NCBI RefSeq assembly: GCF_018350175.1 | Contig: NC_058383.1 | Span: 17,734,001 to 17,798,000, forward strand | Origin: Felis catus | Taxonomy: Eukaryota | Reading direction: 5' to 3' | DNA length: 64,000 bases | Shown: positions 17,451 through 30,459 of the stretch, in pieces | Layout: every line of letters starts with the position of its first letter | Numbering within the stretch: the stretch's first letter is position 1 | Made by a program: the position numbers and the translations under genes | Notes under the pieces: model-generated | Database searches by the model: none | The model's input: the letters and a program-made list of their open reading frames with translations, nothing else | What the model was told of the DNA's origin: nothing

Positions 17451-18643
17451 CCAATAACCCACCTTGGCGTGCTCCGTAGGGTCCGGCAGCTTGCCTCTCT
17501 GTTCCGGGCTCCCACTAACCTTTCAAGAGGGGCCTGGAAATAGCCCTTAGTAGTAAGGGATCGAGGGTGCATTGCTACTGCTTGGGAGAGTCTGCATCAT
17601 GCATCCTTTACCAGGAGTCGGGCTATTCGTGGGGAAGAAGTGGGCAGGTACTAGCTTCTTGAACTGTGAAGGGGCTCTCACCGCCTAACCAGAGCCTATA
17701 CCTCCACTAGTTCTCCTTCCCCAGAATTTCCTCGTCCAAACCAGTACCTAATTTTCGTGGTGGAACAAGAAAGCCTGAAGCCTAGAACCCTGGGTCTGAG
17801 ATGAACGTGCAGCCCAACCCAGCAGAATTCTGCCTTCTGGGACTTCGTGATAAACGTATTGACATAGTGAGAATGATATGGAAAGAACAGACTCAGCAAG
17901 AGCCGGTGTGGAAAGTGAAGACTCCCCCACTCTGTAAGCAAGGGCTCATCCAGATAGCTCTCCCAAGCCTACAGCAATTCTCTTTGTAACACAAGGCCTG
18001 CTGGGTCCTCTGGAAATCCACGATGAGGCTTCTGGTGTTGGGGGAGCAGCAGCTTTTCCAGTTGGAAGTGTTCTCTCTTCCCTGGATGGGGGCTGGCTGT
18101 CTGGTGATGCTTGCAGCTGTGAGTGCTTGGAGATCCTTCTCAACCTTGTTGAGTTGAGAGGCCCTCTGAGGCTCTCACTTTCTTAAACAGGTGCTTCCCC
18201 AGCCCCAAGGCAAGTAAAGCACTCAAGGGTAGAGCATGCCTGATCAGAGTGTTGATTCTCTGGGTCTCCTGAAGAAGTCAGGCAATGGCGAAGGACATAG
18301 GCTTAAGGAAAAGGTCTGGGTCTGAGAATTTGGCAGGGACGGCCCAGCCCTAAGACCTAACTTGGGGTGCTAGCGTTTATCAAATTGAAGTTTAATGTAG
18401 ACTGTGGTGTCTTGGCCTTAAGCTCAGGTCAGCAATAGCAAACCTGATAGCCTCACCGTGTTACCTCTGCCTTTTTTGTGACTACCATTTCAACAACTCT
18501 TACCTCACCCACCACCTGTGTACACACTCTAGGGCCTGGTCAATGTGTGCTGATCCACTGGCAAGAGGCCCCACACAACTTCCAGTGGGGCAGGTGATGT
18601 GGCTGGAGGTTGGCCCATCAGTGCATCATTGTTCAGAAACTCT

Positions 18644-18865
18644 AGGGGTGCCTGGGTGGCTCAGTTGATTAAGCGTCCAACTTCAGCTCAGGTCATGATC
18701 TCACAATTCATGAGTTTGAACCCCGCATCAGGCTTTCTGCTGTCAGCACAGAGCCCACTTCGGATCGTCTGTCCCCCTCTCTCTCTGTCCTTCCCCCGCT
18801 CGTGTGCACACACCCATTCTCTGTCTCTCAAAAATAAATAAACATTAAAAAGAAAGAAAGAAAGA
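18644..18865 (+). mobile_element. CAN-SINE (SINEC_Fc-like)
   Basis: GGGGTGCCTGGGTGGCTCAG head, CT-rich body, A-rich tail. Confidence 0.92.
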
Positions 18866-19840
18866 AACAAACTCTGGGTCCCTTTGACTCTGGGTCTCCC
18901 ATCTGCTTAACTATTCTTGACCTCAGTGGTCTCACTTGTGAAATGGGAGCAATGAACTCTATCCTGCCTATCTCAAAATCGACTTGAAAGATAAAGATCA
19001 AATAAGACACACCTGAATGTGCCTGATAAATGAAGTCTCCGGTAAAATGAGGAAGATGGGGGCGCCTGGATGGCTCAGTCAGTTGAGCTCTTGATTTCAG
19101 CTCAGGTCATGATCTAATAGTGGATCCTGCATGGAGCCTGCTTAAGATTCTCTCTCTCCCTCTTCATCTGCCCCTCCCTAGCTCATGCTCTCTCTCTCTC
19201 TCTCTTTCTCTCCCTCTCTCTGTCAAAAAAGAAAAAAAAAAAACCACCTCTTCTTTCTCTCAGAGTACCCTATCCCTTCTGGCCCTCAAGCCAGCTCTGC
19301 TCAGTACCTTTGTCTGCAGAAGCCTCTAGCCCGAGCTCCAGATCAGCTGGGGTGGGTTGAGTTGGGTCGTGGCTGCAGGGGATTGGGAAGGGTGGGATGG
19401 TCAGCGACAGAGCTTTCCTAAGAACCACCCCTGAAAAATGACAGGAAGCTTCAGGTTTGGGTTGCTGTTGTGGTTCCCATCAACCATTTAACAAGAGTTC
19501 AACTCCTCCTACATGCTCTGCCCTGGGGATAAACAGGTGCTTATTCCCAGGAGGTTGGAGTTTAAGTCCCTGTACACAAAATTGCCATTGGCTCTACTAC
19601 TTCCTGCAGCTTCTGTCCTCTCCACCTTAAAGGACTTATTCCAGCCAGGTGGCAGCACATGCCTGACCAACTTAGTTCCCCAGCTGAGGAGCTTTCAAGA
19701 TCCACCTCTGAGGGCTTTTCCTCTCTGGTCAGCTATTGCTAGAATTTGTAAGCAAATCCTGAGAAAAGCTGGTCCTACCTATGGTCTAACTCCTCTTCCC
19801 CAGTTAGAGAGCCACCTGCCATCAGTTCTATACTTGTCTC

Positions 19841-19841
19841 G

Positions 19842-19876
<35 letters not shown>

Positions 19877-19877
19877 G
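19841..19877. repeat. (GTT)n microsatellite
   Basis: About 12 perfect units. Confidence 0.95.
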
Positions 19878-20001
19878 AGGGAGAGATCATAGGGAGGTGT
19901 CAAGGTCAGAAGAACTGATGGTGGAGTGATAGGGCTTATGGTGAGGGTTTCAGAGGAAGGGAGAAGGTTGGGGGAAGTAGAGAATCAAGAAAGTGAAGGG
20001 A

Positions 20002-20362
20002 GGGGTGCCTAGGTGGCTCAGTCAGCTAACTGGCTAAGTATCTGACTCTTGATTTTGGCTCAGGTCATGATCTTGCAGTTCCTGAGTTTCAGCCCTGCAT
20101 CAGGCTCCACACGGACAGTGCAGAGTCTGCTTGGGATTCTCCCCCTCTCTTTCTCTCTCTCTCAAAATAAATAAACCTAAAAAGAAAAAAGAAGGTTGGG
20201 GCGCCTGGGTGGCTCAGTTGGTTAAGCATCGGACTTCAGCTTAGGTCATGATCTCATGGTTTGTGGGTTCAAGCCCCACGCTGGGCTCTGTACTGACAGT
20301 TCAGAGCCTGGAGCCAGCTTTGGATTCTGTCTCCCTCTCTCTCTGCTCTTACCCCACTCGAG

Positions 20363-20408
<46 letters not shown>

Positions 20409-20432
20409 AATAAATAAACATTAAAAATAAAA
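20002..20432 (+). mobile_element. Two tandem CAN-SINEs
   Basis: Heads at ~20002 and ~20197, each with (CT)n and an A tail. Confidence 0.9.
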
Positions 20433-21043
20433 AAGAAGGTGAAGGGAAGTGTCCACTAATATCTGAAACAATGACGTGTCACTGTATCAGTTACCAATTT
20501 ATTACTTCTCAGCTCCAAATTCACTCTTTTTGCCTCCTCTGTGAAAAGGGATCTGGGCCCTTTAAATATATTTTCTTTGCCAGCTGGCATCGTACTAAAT
20601 TGTCAGTAGACAGCTGGGGAGGCATTGCAGGAAGAAAGGATTTTCTTCCTGGTTCCAATGAGCCCTATGGTCAAGCTCCTGCCGTGTAAGTGGGTTCCCC
20701 AGCCCCCAGCTTCTGCAGTCCCTGCAGCTTCGCCAGCACCAGTGCGCAGGGGCCAGAAGCTCTCCCTGATGTGCCTCTTGCAGTTTCCTAGTGGAGTGCC
20801 TCTGGTGAGATGCCTTCCTGTGACTAGTTTCCCCTGACATCCCAGAGGGAAGATATCCAGGATGTTCCACCAGAGGTGACACCCCAGCCACTTCTGTGCT
20901 CTCTCTAAAAAGTTCTGGATCTCGGCCCCAGGGAGGCCCAGATAGAGGCTCTTCCTTGGGTGTTCTATCCCCAGCGAAGGGTTAGCGTCTTCTTATATCT
21001 CCTATTCCTGTCTTCTTTAGAATTCTCTTTACTTCCTGCTATC

Positions 21044-21559
21044 TGTAGTGGGCAGAACTGTGTCTCCCCCTCCCAAATATATGTTCAAATCCTAACCCCC
21101 AATTCCTTTAATTGTGACCTTATTTGGAAATAGAATCTTTGCAGGTATAATCAATGAGGTCGTACTGGATTAGGGTGGGTCCTAAGCCAGCGTCGGGTGT
21201 CCTCGTATGAAGAAGGGAATTTGGACACAAATAGAAAGGAGAATGCCATGTGAAGACACACACAGAGACACAGGAAGAATGCCATGTACACAGAGACACA
21301 GGAAGAATGCCATGTACAACAGAGGCAGAGACTGGAGTGATGTATCCAGAAACCAAGGAATACTGGAGATTGCTAACAGCTGCCAGGAGCTAGGAAGAAG
21401 CAAGGAAGGATACTCCCCAGGGTCTCAGAGGGCGTATGACCCTGTTGATGCCTTGATTTCAGATTTCCAGTCTCCAGAACTATGAGAGCACGGATTTGTG
21501 TTGTCTCAAGCCACCTAGTTTGTGGTAACTTGTTATGACAGCCCTGGGAAACTAATACA
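21044..21559 (+). mobile_element. MLT1-type (ERVL-MaLR) solo LTR, apparently nested in an older LTR-like element (~20480-21940)
   Basis: TG...CA ends. Typical GTGACCTTATTTGGAAATAG and AAGCCACCTAGTTTGTGGTAAC..AACTAATACA. Internal ~27-bp tandem duplication. Confidence 0.85.
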
Positions 21560-22859
21560 CATTCCAAACCCTCATTTCTCTATTTCCCTGTTATAGTTGA
21601 TAATTTTTTTTAAAGATTCTATTCTATTCTTTCTTTCTTTCTTTTTTAAAATCAGGCTTTACACCCAATGTGGAGCCCAACACGGAGCTTGAACTCATGA
21701 CCCTGAGATCAAGACCTGACCATGCTTACCTGACTGAGCCACCGGGCGCCCCCTTTAAGATTTTATTTTTAAGCAATCTCCACACCCAACGCGGGGCTCA
21801 AACCCACGACCCCAAGATCAAGAGCCGCACCCTCCACCAACTGAGCCAGCTAGCTGCCCCTATAATTCTTTATAACAAACTTGTCCTTGTTCAAATTACT
21901 GTGTGGTTTCTCTCTCCTGATTGGTCACAGACTTATTCTATGATTTAGAATACAAAAATACTAGTGTTTTAGCAGTAAATAAAACAGAATATCTGAAAGT
22001 GCCTACTGTGGTAACTAAGGAGATATTTCAGACAGTCAGTCATTTCCAAGACAGGCTTAAAGTCTGCATTGTAGACAATCCTTAAAGGCATTTGAATGCT
22101 CCCATCACACTTGAGGAGGGGGCAGGGAGGAGAAAATGCACGCAGATGGTGCCTGTGAGGACAGCTGGCTCAACTGGGATGGAAGAAGTTGAACCGCAGA
22201 GCTCCCATGTTGTCTAAAGGCACTTCCTGGCATCCTGTGGTTTCAGATAGGGGGATAGTGCTCTAGGGAGCGCTCAGAAAGCAAGTCCAGGTAGAGGCTT
22301 GTGGAAATGACCGTGGTTGATGTCACAGGCTGAGAGGGCAGAGGGACAGTGGTATTCAGGGCTAGAATGGCAATTGGGGGGCAGGGAGAACCATGACCCA
22401 CACAACTGACAGATTCACACAGCCATGATCTTTCCTTCAGAGAAAGAGGCCTAAATGGAGGACAGCAATGTCCTTGGCTGGTCAAGAAGGCTAAGGTGTC
22501 CATTTATTTGCTCAATACATTTGTTGAATTCCAACCACATACCAGACACAAAAGCTACCATGGTGAATGAGACAGTGAGAGTCCTTTTCCTCAGACAGAC
22601 AAATAAATGGACACAGGACATAGGGAGATAAACACTAAAATCCACTTGTACACAGCTTCCCAAGAGAGCACAGAAACAGAGCCAGAGAAGACTTCTCTGA
22701 GAATGTGATGAATCATCTGAGATTTAAAGGAAAGGGGGTCGGGAAGAGAGACTGTGCATGGGTCACCCCAATCGTGCGAAGGGCCAGAGGGCAAGACTCA
22801 GGAGGCTGCAATTCGGTCGTCAGCCTGTTGGAAATAATGCATGCCTTTTATTTATTAAA

Positions 22860-23062
22860 AAAAAAATTTAACATTTTATTTTATATTTGAGAGGGAGAGA
22901 CAGAGAGCGTGAGCAGGGGAAGGACAGAGAGAGACTGAGACAGAATCCGAAGCAGGCTCCAAGCTCTGAGCTGTCAGCACAGAGCCCGACCCGGGGCTCG
23001 AACCCACGAGCCGTGAGGTAATGACCTGAGCCAAAGTTGGACTGAACCATCCAGGCGCCCCT
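22860..23062 (-). mobile_element. CAN-SINE (SINEC_Fc-like)
   Basis: AGCAGGCTCCAAGCTCTGAGCTGTCAGCACAGAGCC..CCAGGCGCCCC. Confidence 0.9.
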
Positions 23063-24071
23063 GCACGCCTTTTAGAATAAATATTTTGAATGCTCCTTTA
23101 ATGATTGTGAAATAAATGAATAGAGAAGTAACTCATTTACAGTCCGACTTTTAAAAACTCAATATAACCCTCAATATAAAAGACAGGCCATTGATATTAA
23201 AATGTGTATCCAGTAGTATAAGAGTATACTATACATGATTTAGAATACAAATTACAGACAGCAATATGAACTTTAGAAGGAAAAGAATCCAGACACGAAA
23301 GAGTATGTACGTATGTATATACTATATACTATATATGTATGTACATATTATATATATATAGTATGATTCCATTTGTATTACATAAAAAGAGGCAAAACCA
23401 GGGGTGCTTGGCTGGCTCAGTCAGAAGAGTATGCAACTTTTGACCTTGGGGTGGTAAGCTGGAGCCCCGCATTGGGTATACAGATGAATAAAAAATAATA
23501 ATATAAAAGAGGCAAAATTAATCTATAATGTTAGAGATTGGACTAGCCAATACCCTTGGGAAAGACAGTGATTGGAGAGTGCATGGGAGGGTCTAAGGTG
23601 CTAGAAATGTTTTGGTTTCTTGATCTGGGTACTGGTTATATCCACCAGTTCACCAGTTATATTCTGGTTATGTTCACCAGAAAATTCATTGAGCTTACAC
23701 TTAAGAATTGTGCACTTTTCTGTATATTATTCTTTAAAAACTTAAGTAATGTATATCTCAATGTGTGAATGCTTGGGTAGGGCTTTGCCAAATGATTTAG
23801 TGAAGTGATCATAATGAAATCATCATATGCTTGCATCTACATATAGGATTTTCATGAATTCTGCAGCTACAAGCTCAGACTGTCACAGATGGGTTGCATT
23901 GGTGACTCAAATTCAAATTGGCCATCTGTGCCACGATTTTCCAAAATGCCAACAATTCTTGGTGAAATTCCAAAAAAACAAAATACAATTTTCCCTTGAT
24001 ATATATGGCTGTCTGCCTCTCTGAAAAAGTCAGGATTAAAACTATTCTTAAAATTTTTAAATATACATATA

Positions 24072-24425
24072 TTTAATGTTTTATTATTTCTGGGAGAGAG
24101 AGAGAGAGAGGAAGAGGGAGAGAGGGAGAGTGCACGTGGGGGAGGGGCAGAGAGAGGGACACAGAATCCAAAGCAGGCTCCAGGTTCTGAGCTGTCAGCA
24201 CAGAGACCGATGCAGGGCTTGAACTCACAAGCCTTGAACTCACAAGCTGCGAGATCATGACCCGAGCTGAAGTCGGACGCCTAACTGACTGAACCACCCA
24301 GGCACCCCTAAATATATTTTTAAGTTTTATTTATTTAAGTAATCTCTACACCCTTCGTGGAGCTTGAACTCATGACCCCAAAATCAAGGGTCGTGCGCTC
24401 TTCTGACTGAGCAAGACAGGCCCCT
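24072..24425 (-). mobile_element. Two CAN-SINEs
   Basis: Reverse-oriented heads end at ~24308 and ~24424. Confidence 0.85.
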
Positions 24426-25019
24426 GTGATTAGAACCATTTATAACTTTATGTTTATATATATAAAATGAATGTTGGTTCTGTACTTGGATAATTATAAA
24501 TGTGTTCTTACCTACATGAATGTCCACGGAGCCTTCTGAAAATGGTGGAGGACAAGGGACATTTTTTTTTTTTTCATTGAATAAGGCTGTCTGGTACTAT
24601 GCAAGACAACTGATATCCCTGGGTCCACCCATTACATGCCAATAGGTCCTCCACCACTGTGATAAAGAAAAAAAAATGCCCCCACAAATTCACAGAACAG
24701 TCTCTATGGGTAGCACTGCCCCCTGTTGAGGACCACTGGTTTAGGGCCACAGATTTAAGGCATAAAAGTCAGCAACGGGGGGGACGAATACCCAAAGAAA
24801 CGGGAGGTGAAAAGATTAGTTAGAGCTCAGCGAAGGTCAGCTTAGTTGGAGGGGAAAGGTAGTGGGGGAAAAAGACGGTGAGTGGCACTGGTATGCTCGA
24901 ATCCATAAAGATTTGTTAGGTGAAAAAAAAAAAAAAAAGATTTGTTAGGTGAGTCAGGGAACAAATGAATGAGTGGATGTTTGCAGGTAATAAGAAGCTA
25001 TTGACTTTTGATTATCCTG

Positions 25020-25622
25020 TTTTTATTTTTATTTTTAATTTATTTTTAATGTTTTATTTATTTTTGAGACAGATGGAGACAGAGCATGAGCAGGGGAGGG
25101 GCGGAGAGAGAGGGAGACACAGAATCCGAAGCAGGCTCCAGGCTCCAAGCTGTCAGCACAGAGCTGACACGGGGCTCGAACTCACAAACCGTGAGATCAT
25201 GACCTGAGCCGAAGTCGGACGCTTAACCAACTGAGCCACCCAGGCGCCCCAATTCTGTTTTTATTTTATTAAAAAAATTTTAATGTTTATTTATTTTTGA
25301 GAGAAAGACAGGGAGAGAGTGTGAGCAGGGGAGGGGCAGAGAGAGACGGAGTCAGCACAGAGCCCGACTCGGGGCTCAAACTTGCGAGCTGTGAGATCAT
25401 GACCTGACCCAAAGTCAGAGGCTTAACCGACTGAGCCACCCAGGCACCCCAAGTGTCTGACTCTTGATTTCCGCTCGCGTCATGATTTCACTGTTCCTGA
25501 GTTCAAGCCCTGCTCCTGGCTCTGCACGGATTCTCTCTCTCCCTCTCTCTCTACCCCTTCCCCACTCATGAGCACACTCTTGCACTCTTTCGCTCTCTCA
25601 AAATAAATAAACTTGAAAAAAT
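25020..25622 (-). mobile_element. CAN-SINE stack (two minus copies plus a headless plus copy)
   Basis: CTGAGCCACCCAGGCGCCCC at ~25250 and a similar end at ~25450. Confidence 0.85.
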
Positions 25623-26149
25623 AATTTTCTAGTCAGTCCCGGCACCCTATAGAAAATCATTCTTATTGGATTCTTATCTATCCTGCAGAGTTTCTTTGTG
25701 CATACAAAAGCAAATTTCCATATCTACTATTTTCCCCTTGGCTTTGTTTATACTTAAGAGGTACCATACTACATATACTGTTCTGCTCTTTGCTCGATGA
25801 GTCTGGAAGCTTTTTCCTTAGCAGTGCCTAGAGCACTTCTGTGTTATTTTCAACAGCTGCCTAGTTGGCCATTGTGTGATTCCACCATACTCTCTTCAAT
25901 CACTCTCTTATTGATGGGATTTGAGTTGTTTTCTATCAGTATTAGAAACAACGCTTCAATGATAACCTTTACAATGTGTCATGTGTTTTATAGTGGAGAT
26001 ATTTGAGGAAGGACAAAACAACATTAAGATGATGTTTTAGGAAGATTTAGCAACTCCTGGACAAGATGGGTTTGGGAGTATGGGCGAGTTACTCTATTAT
26101 ATGGGAGGGCAAGTTATTAAAATAGACTAGATATAACAGGGTGGGAGGT

Positions 26150-27092
26150 GTGGTGGTTTTACAAATATATCCATAGAGGGGCGCCTGGGTGGCTCAGACG
26201 GTTAAACATTTGACTCGAGATCAGCTCAGGTCATGATCTCACAATAGGGAGTTCAAGCCCCACTTTGGGCTCCACACTGAGCATGGAGCCTACTTGGGAT
26301 TCTCTCTCTCCCTCTCTCTCTGCTCCTCCTGCCCCCTCCTCTCAAAATTAATAAATAAACATTTAAAAAACCAAATATCCATAGATTCTTAGAATCTTCT
26401 CCCCTCAGATTTGGAGGCTAACTCCCCCCCCCCCCCCCCCCCGTCTTGAGTAGGAGCTGACCTAGTGCCTTGAATCTAATAAATGGAAGAAAGCAGAACC
26501 AATGGTATGAGACTTTGGGCACCAGGTCATAAAAAGGCATTCTCTTCTGGGGCGCCTGGGTGGCTCCGTCAGTTAAGTGTTCAACTCTTGATTTTGGCTC
26601 AGGTCAAGATCTCATGGCTCCTGAGATCAAGCCCCGAGTCAGGCTCCTCGCTGACGGTTCGGAGCCTGCTTGGGAATCTCTCTCTCCCTCTCTCTGGCCC
26701 TCCCCTGCTCTCTCTCTCTCTCAAAATAAATAAACAAAACTTAAAGAAAAGACTTTATTTTGCTCCTTCTCTCTATCTTGGATCACTTGCTCTGGAGGAA
26801 GCCAGCTGACATGTTGTAAGTAGCTCTATGGAACCCTATAGAGAGACCCACATGGGAGAAACTGAGGCCTCCTGCCAACAGCCATGTGAGTGAACTTGGA
26901 AGCAAATCCTTCAGGCCCTGTCAAACCTTCAAATGACTGCAGCCCTGGTCAATACCTTGCCTGCATCCTCATGAGAAACCCTGAGCTACAGCCATCCAGC
27001 TAAGCCTCTCCTAAATTCCTGTTTCACAGAAACTGAGATGATAGATGTTTGTTGTTTAAGCTACTAAATTTTGAGGCAATGTATTACAAACA
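26150..27092 (+). mobile_element. MLT1-type LTR interrupted by two CAN-SINEs
   Basis: GCCAACAGCCATGTGAGTGAACTTGGAAGC..CAGCTAAGCC..GTTGTTTAAGCTACTAAATTTTG. SINEs at ~26177-26370 and ~26549-26750. Confidence 0.75.
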
Positions 27093-27424
27093 GGTGGAAT
27101 TTGGGGCATGAGAAAGAGAGGGAGGGTAAAGGAGGCATCTGGAAATATCTTTCACCTCTGTTTATTAGAAATTGTCCATACTCTCCCCTTGCAGTGTAAG
27201 CTCCTTGAGGAGAGGATCTTTGCCTGGTTTTTTTTCACTGACTTATCCTTAGCTTCTAATATATAACAGACTCTCAGGATTGCTAGGGAAAAACCTTGAA
27301 AAAGGGGTCAGATAAAGGAACAGTAGGTCTGATATGTCAGTAACAGGAGTGAAGTGTAGTTGAATAGTCAATTAAAATACCCCCCAAAATAACAAGCAGC
27401 CAGTTAGATGTGTAGGCCTGAAGG

Positions 27425-27670
27425 AGGATTTCTCAACCTCAGCACTATTAATAGTTTGGACCAGATTATTCTTTGTTGTGAAGAGCTGTCCTGGGCATAG
27501 AAGAGGTTTAGTTGAAATATCCCTAATCTCTACCCACTAGATGTCAGTAGCGCACACACATCGCGTCCCTGTCCTCTGTCACCACCCTCCTCCCCCCGCC
27601 CCCCAACCAAAAAGTCTTTGCCAAATGTTCCTGGGAAGGGGGATCACTCTCCAGTTGGGGATCACTGACC
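27425..27670. mobile_element. MER20-like hAT MITE
   Basis: TTTCTCAACCTCAGCACTATT..ATTCTTTGTTGTG..CTCTACCCACTAGATGTCAGTAGC..TTGCCAAATGTTCCTGGG. Confidence 0.7.
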
Positions 27671-27752
27671 TAGAGGATATAATGACAATTGAAACCAAGG
27701 GAAAGGGGTTGGATGCCTGAACCTGGGGAAATGCACTTTAAAAAGGAGGGCC

Positions 27753-28088
27753 AGGGACGCCTGGATGGCTTAGTCTGTCAAAGGTCTCACTCTCGATGAG
27801 TGAGATGGAGCCCCACGTCTGGCTCGGCACTGGGTGTGAAGCCTGCTTAAGATTCTCTCTCTCCCTCTGTCCTTCTCCTGGGCACATGAGGTACATGCGC
27901 TCTCTCTCTCTCTCTCTCTCTCTCAATCCCAAAAAAAAAAAAAAAAAAAAAATGAGGGCTGTAGGGGCATCCGGCTGGCTCAGTAGGAAGAGCATGTGAC
28001 TCTTGGCCTCAGGCTCATGAGTTCAAGCCCTATGTTGGGTGCAGAGATTATTTAAATAAATAAATAAGCTCAAAAAAATCAAATCAAA

Positions 28089-28125
<37 letters not shown>
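27753..28125 (+). mobile_element. Two tandem CAN-SINEs, the second with a (TAAA)n tail
   Basis: Heads at ~27753 and ~27964. Confidence 0.85.
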
Positions 28126-28127
<2 letters not shown>

Positions 28128-28995
28128 GAAAGCTGTAACAGAAGACAGAAAAGCCGAAAAGCAAAACCAACAGAACAAAAAGGGATTCAGAAGTCAATGA
28201 AAACAAACAGCAGAGTGTTTAGTGAGGAGGTTGGCAGGATTTGGGAGAGGGTTGCTTTAATAGAATAGTGTGACAAAACCCTGGTTGCGGTGTGTTTGCG
28301 TGTGCTTGTGCACACCTATGTGTCCTCTCAGGTGAGAGAGGCAAGGAAAAAGTAGAGGCAGTCTGGTAGATGGTAATAAGAAAGCAATCAACCGAATGCG
28401 AATATGGAATATCGCGGTGGGTGGAAAGCAGAGAGAAAGGATCAAAGGAGAGGGCGAGGCTGCAGGGGAAATGTGAAAAGAGAAAGCATCTTCATCTCTG
28501 GAGAGTCATGGAGAGTATCAAGTATCAATCTTTACCCTTCCCTAGAAGGAAGGAAGAAGGGAGCAGAGAGCTTTAACAAATTAGGTTGGAGAAAACCGTG
28601 AAATGGGATCTGCAATGGACCCTTAACTCCCTCAGACTAATTTCAAGAGGTAGGCTTCCTGGGTTGGAAGCCATAAGAATTTTCTCTGAATAAAACAGTA
28701 TGAAGCCATGCCATTCCTTTAGAACACAGTAGACTACCAAAGGTTCTGGAAAGGACCCTCCTGTGCATTTCTACCACTCTTCCATGAATTAAGACCCCTG
28801 TTTACTCTGATGTGGATGAACTAAGGCTCTTCTCACCTCCAGGTTCTCCTCTTCCAAATCTTCACATCATATAACCCCCTTGCTTAAGAATATTTACTAC
28901 CTCCCTGCCACCTACAGTGTAAGGACCAAAATTCTTGTTTAATTTTCAGGGAAGGGGAGGAAACTATCACTCATCAGTGCCTAGCATATGCTAAG

Positions 28996-29530
28996 TGTAT
29001 TCGTTTCCTAGGGCTGCTGTAATAAAGTACCACAAACTCGGTGGCTTCGAACAACAGAACTTTATTCTCTCACAGTTCTGGAAGCTAGAAGTCCAAAACC
29101 GAGGTGTCAGCATGGCCATGTTCCCTCTGGGACCCTGAGCAGAATGCCTCTTTGCTTCTTCCTGGCTTCTGGTGGTGGCCACCAGTCCTTGGCATTCCTT
29201 GGCCCACAGCTGCATCGTTCTAATCTCTGTGCTGCCATCACATGTGTTCTCCTTAAGTCTGTCTTTGTATGTGTCTTCCCTTCTTATGAAGACATCACTC
29301 ACTGGGGCACTTGGCTGGCTCAGTTGGTAGAGCATGCCCCTCTTGATCTTGGGGTTGAGTTCAAGCCCCAAGTTAGGCATAAAGCTTACTTAAAAACAAA
29401 TAAATACGAACACCAGTTCTATTAGATCAGGGCCCACTCTAATTGGGTGTGATCTCATCTTAACTGGACTACATTTACAAAGACCCTATTTCCAAATAAG
29501 GTCACATTTCTGAGCTGCTGGCAATTAGGA
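28996..29530 (-). mobile_element. MLT1-type LTR with CAN-SINE insertion
   Basis: TGTATTCGTTTCCTAGGGCTGCTGTAATAAAGTACCACAAAC..TTTATTCTCTCACAGTTCTGG..CCCTATTTCCAAATAAGGTCACA. SINE at ~29305-29405. Confidence 0.85.
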
Positions 29531-30459
29531 CTTGAACATGACTTGAACAGGGACATTTGCAAAAACTCTCCGTCAGATACTCTACACTAGAGCCAAAGGG
29601 ATCCAATCATTGCTAGGCTATATAGCCTATGCTTTCCCACCTTGTGCCAGGCCATTGTTAGGTTTCCATTTACCCATTCTTGAAGGCCCAGATGAAATGG
29701 CACCTCCTCCCTAAAGACTTTTTCAGTGTCTCCTTCTCCTGATCTTTCAGGGCATTTCTCATTGTCCCTTCTGCCCTGCAATTATTTGTGTTCCCTTCTT
29801 AAATGCTGCTCACCTCCAAGAATTGGATGGAGGACAAATTGGATAATACATGGGGAAATTGTTGTTGTTGTTGTTGAATTTTTTTCTTCATTTTAGAGAG
29901 AGTGCGAGCGGGGGAGGGGGCAGATGGAGAAAGAGAATCTCAAGCAGGCTCCACACTCAGCGGGCATGACCTGAGCTGAAATCAAGCATCTGACGCTGAA
30001 CCTGAACCGACTGAGCCACCCAGCACCCCTGCGTGAGGAAGTTTTGCAATACCAGAGTGCCCCCAAATTTTAGGCCAGTGACAACGAACACACTTTAAAA
30101 CAGCTTTATTGGGGGAGAGCTCACATCCCACATAATTCACCTCTTTGAAGAGCGCAATTCAAAGGCGGTTTTTTTTTCTCCTATTACCATCACTGCAATC
30201 TAATTTTAGAACATTTTCTTAACCTTCCGAAAGAAACTCCATACCCATTTACTGTCACTTCCTATTCCCCAACCCCCTCCCCAGCCCTTCTACAAATATG
30301 TTTATTCCGGACATTTCATATGAACCTTCATCCATTTTCATTTGGCTTCCACAAAGGCTTCACTTTGTGGGATTTTTTTACAGTATTGTTTGGGGATCAA
30401 CACCCCTATTTTCACGGGACAAGACTGACCGCTGTTGAGGATGTGTAAGACTTCAACTC

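Noticed and set aside
18644..18730. tRNA-like A/B-box sequences at many positions
   Set aside because: These are heads of tRNA-derived CAN-SINEs, not tRNA genes.
19513..19878. 121-aa ORF ending in poly-Cys
   Set aside because: Translation of the (GTT)n microsatellite.
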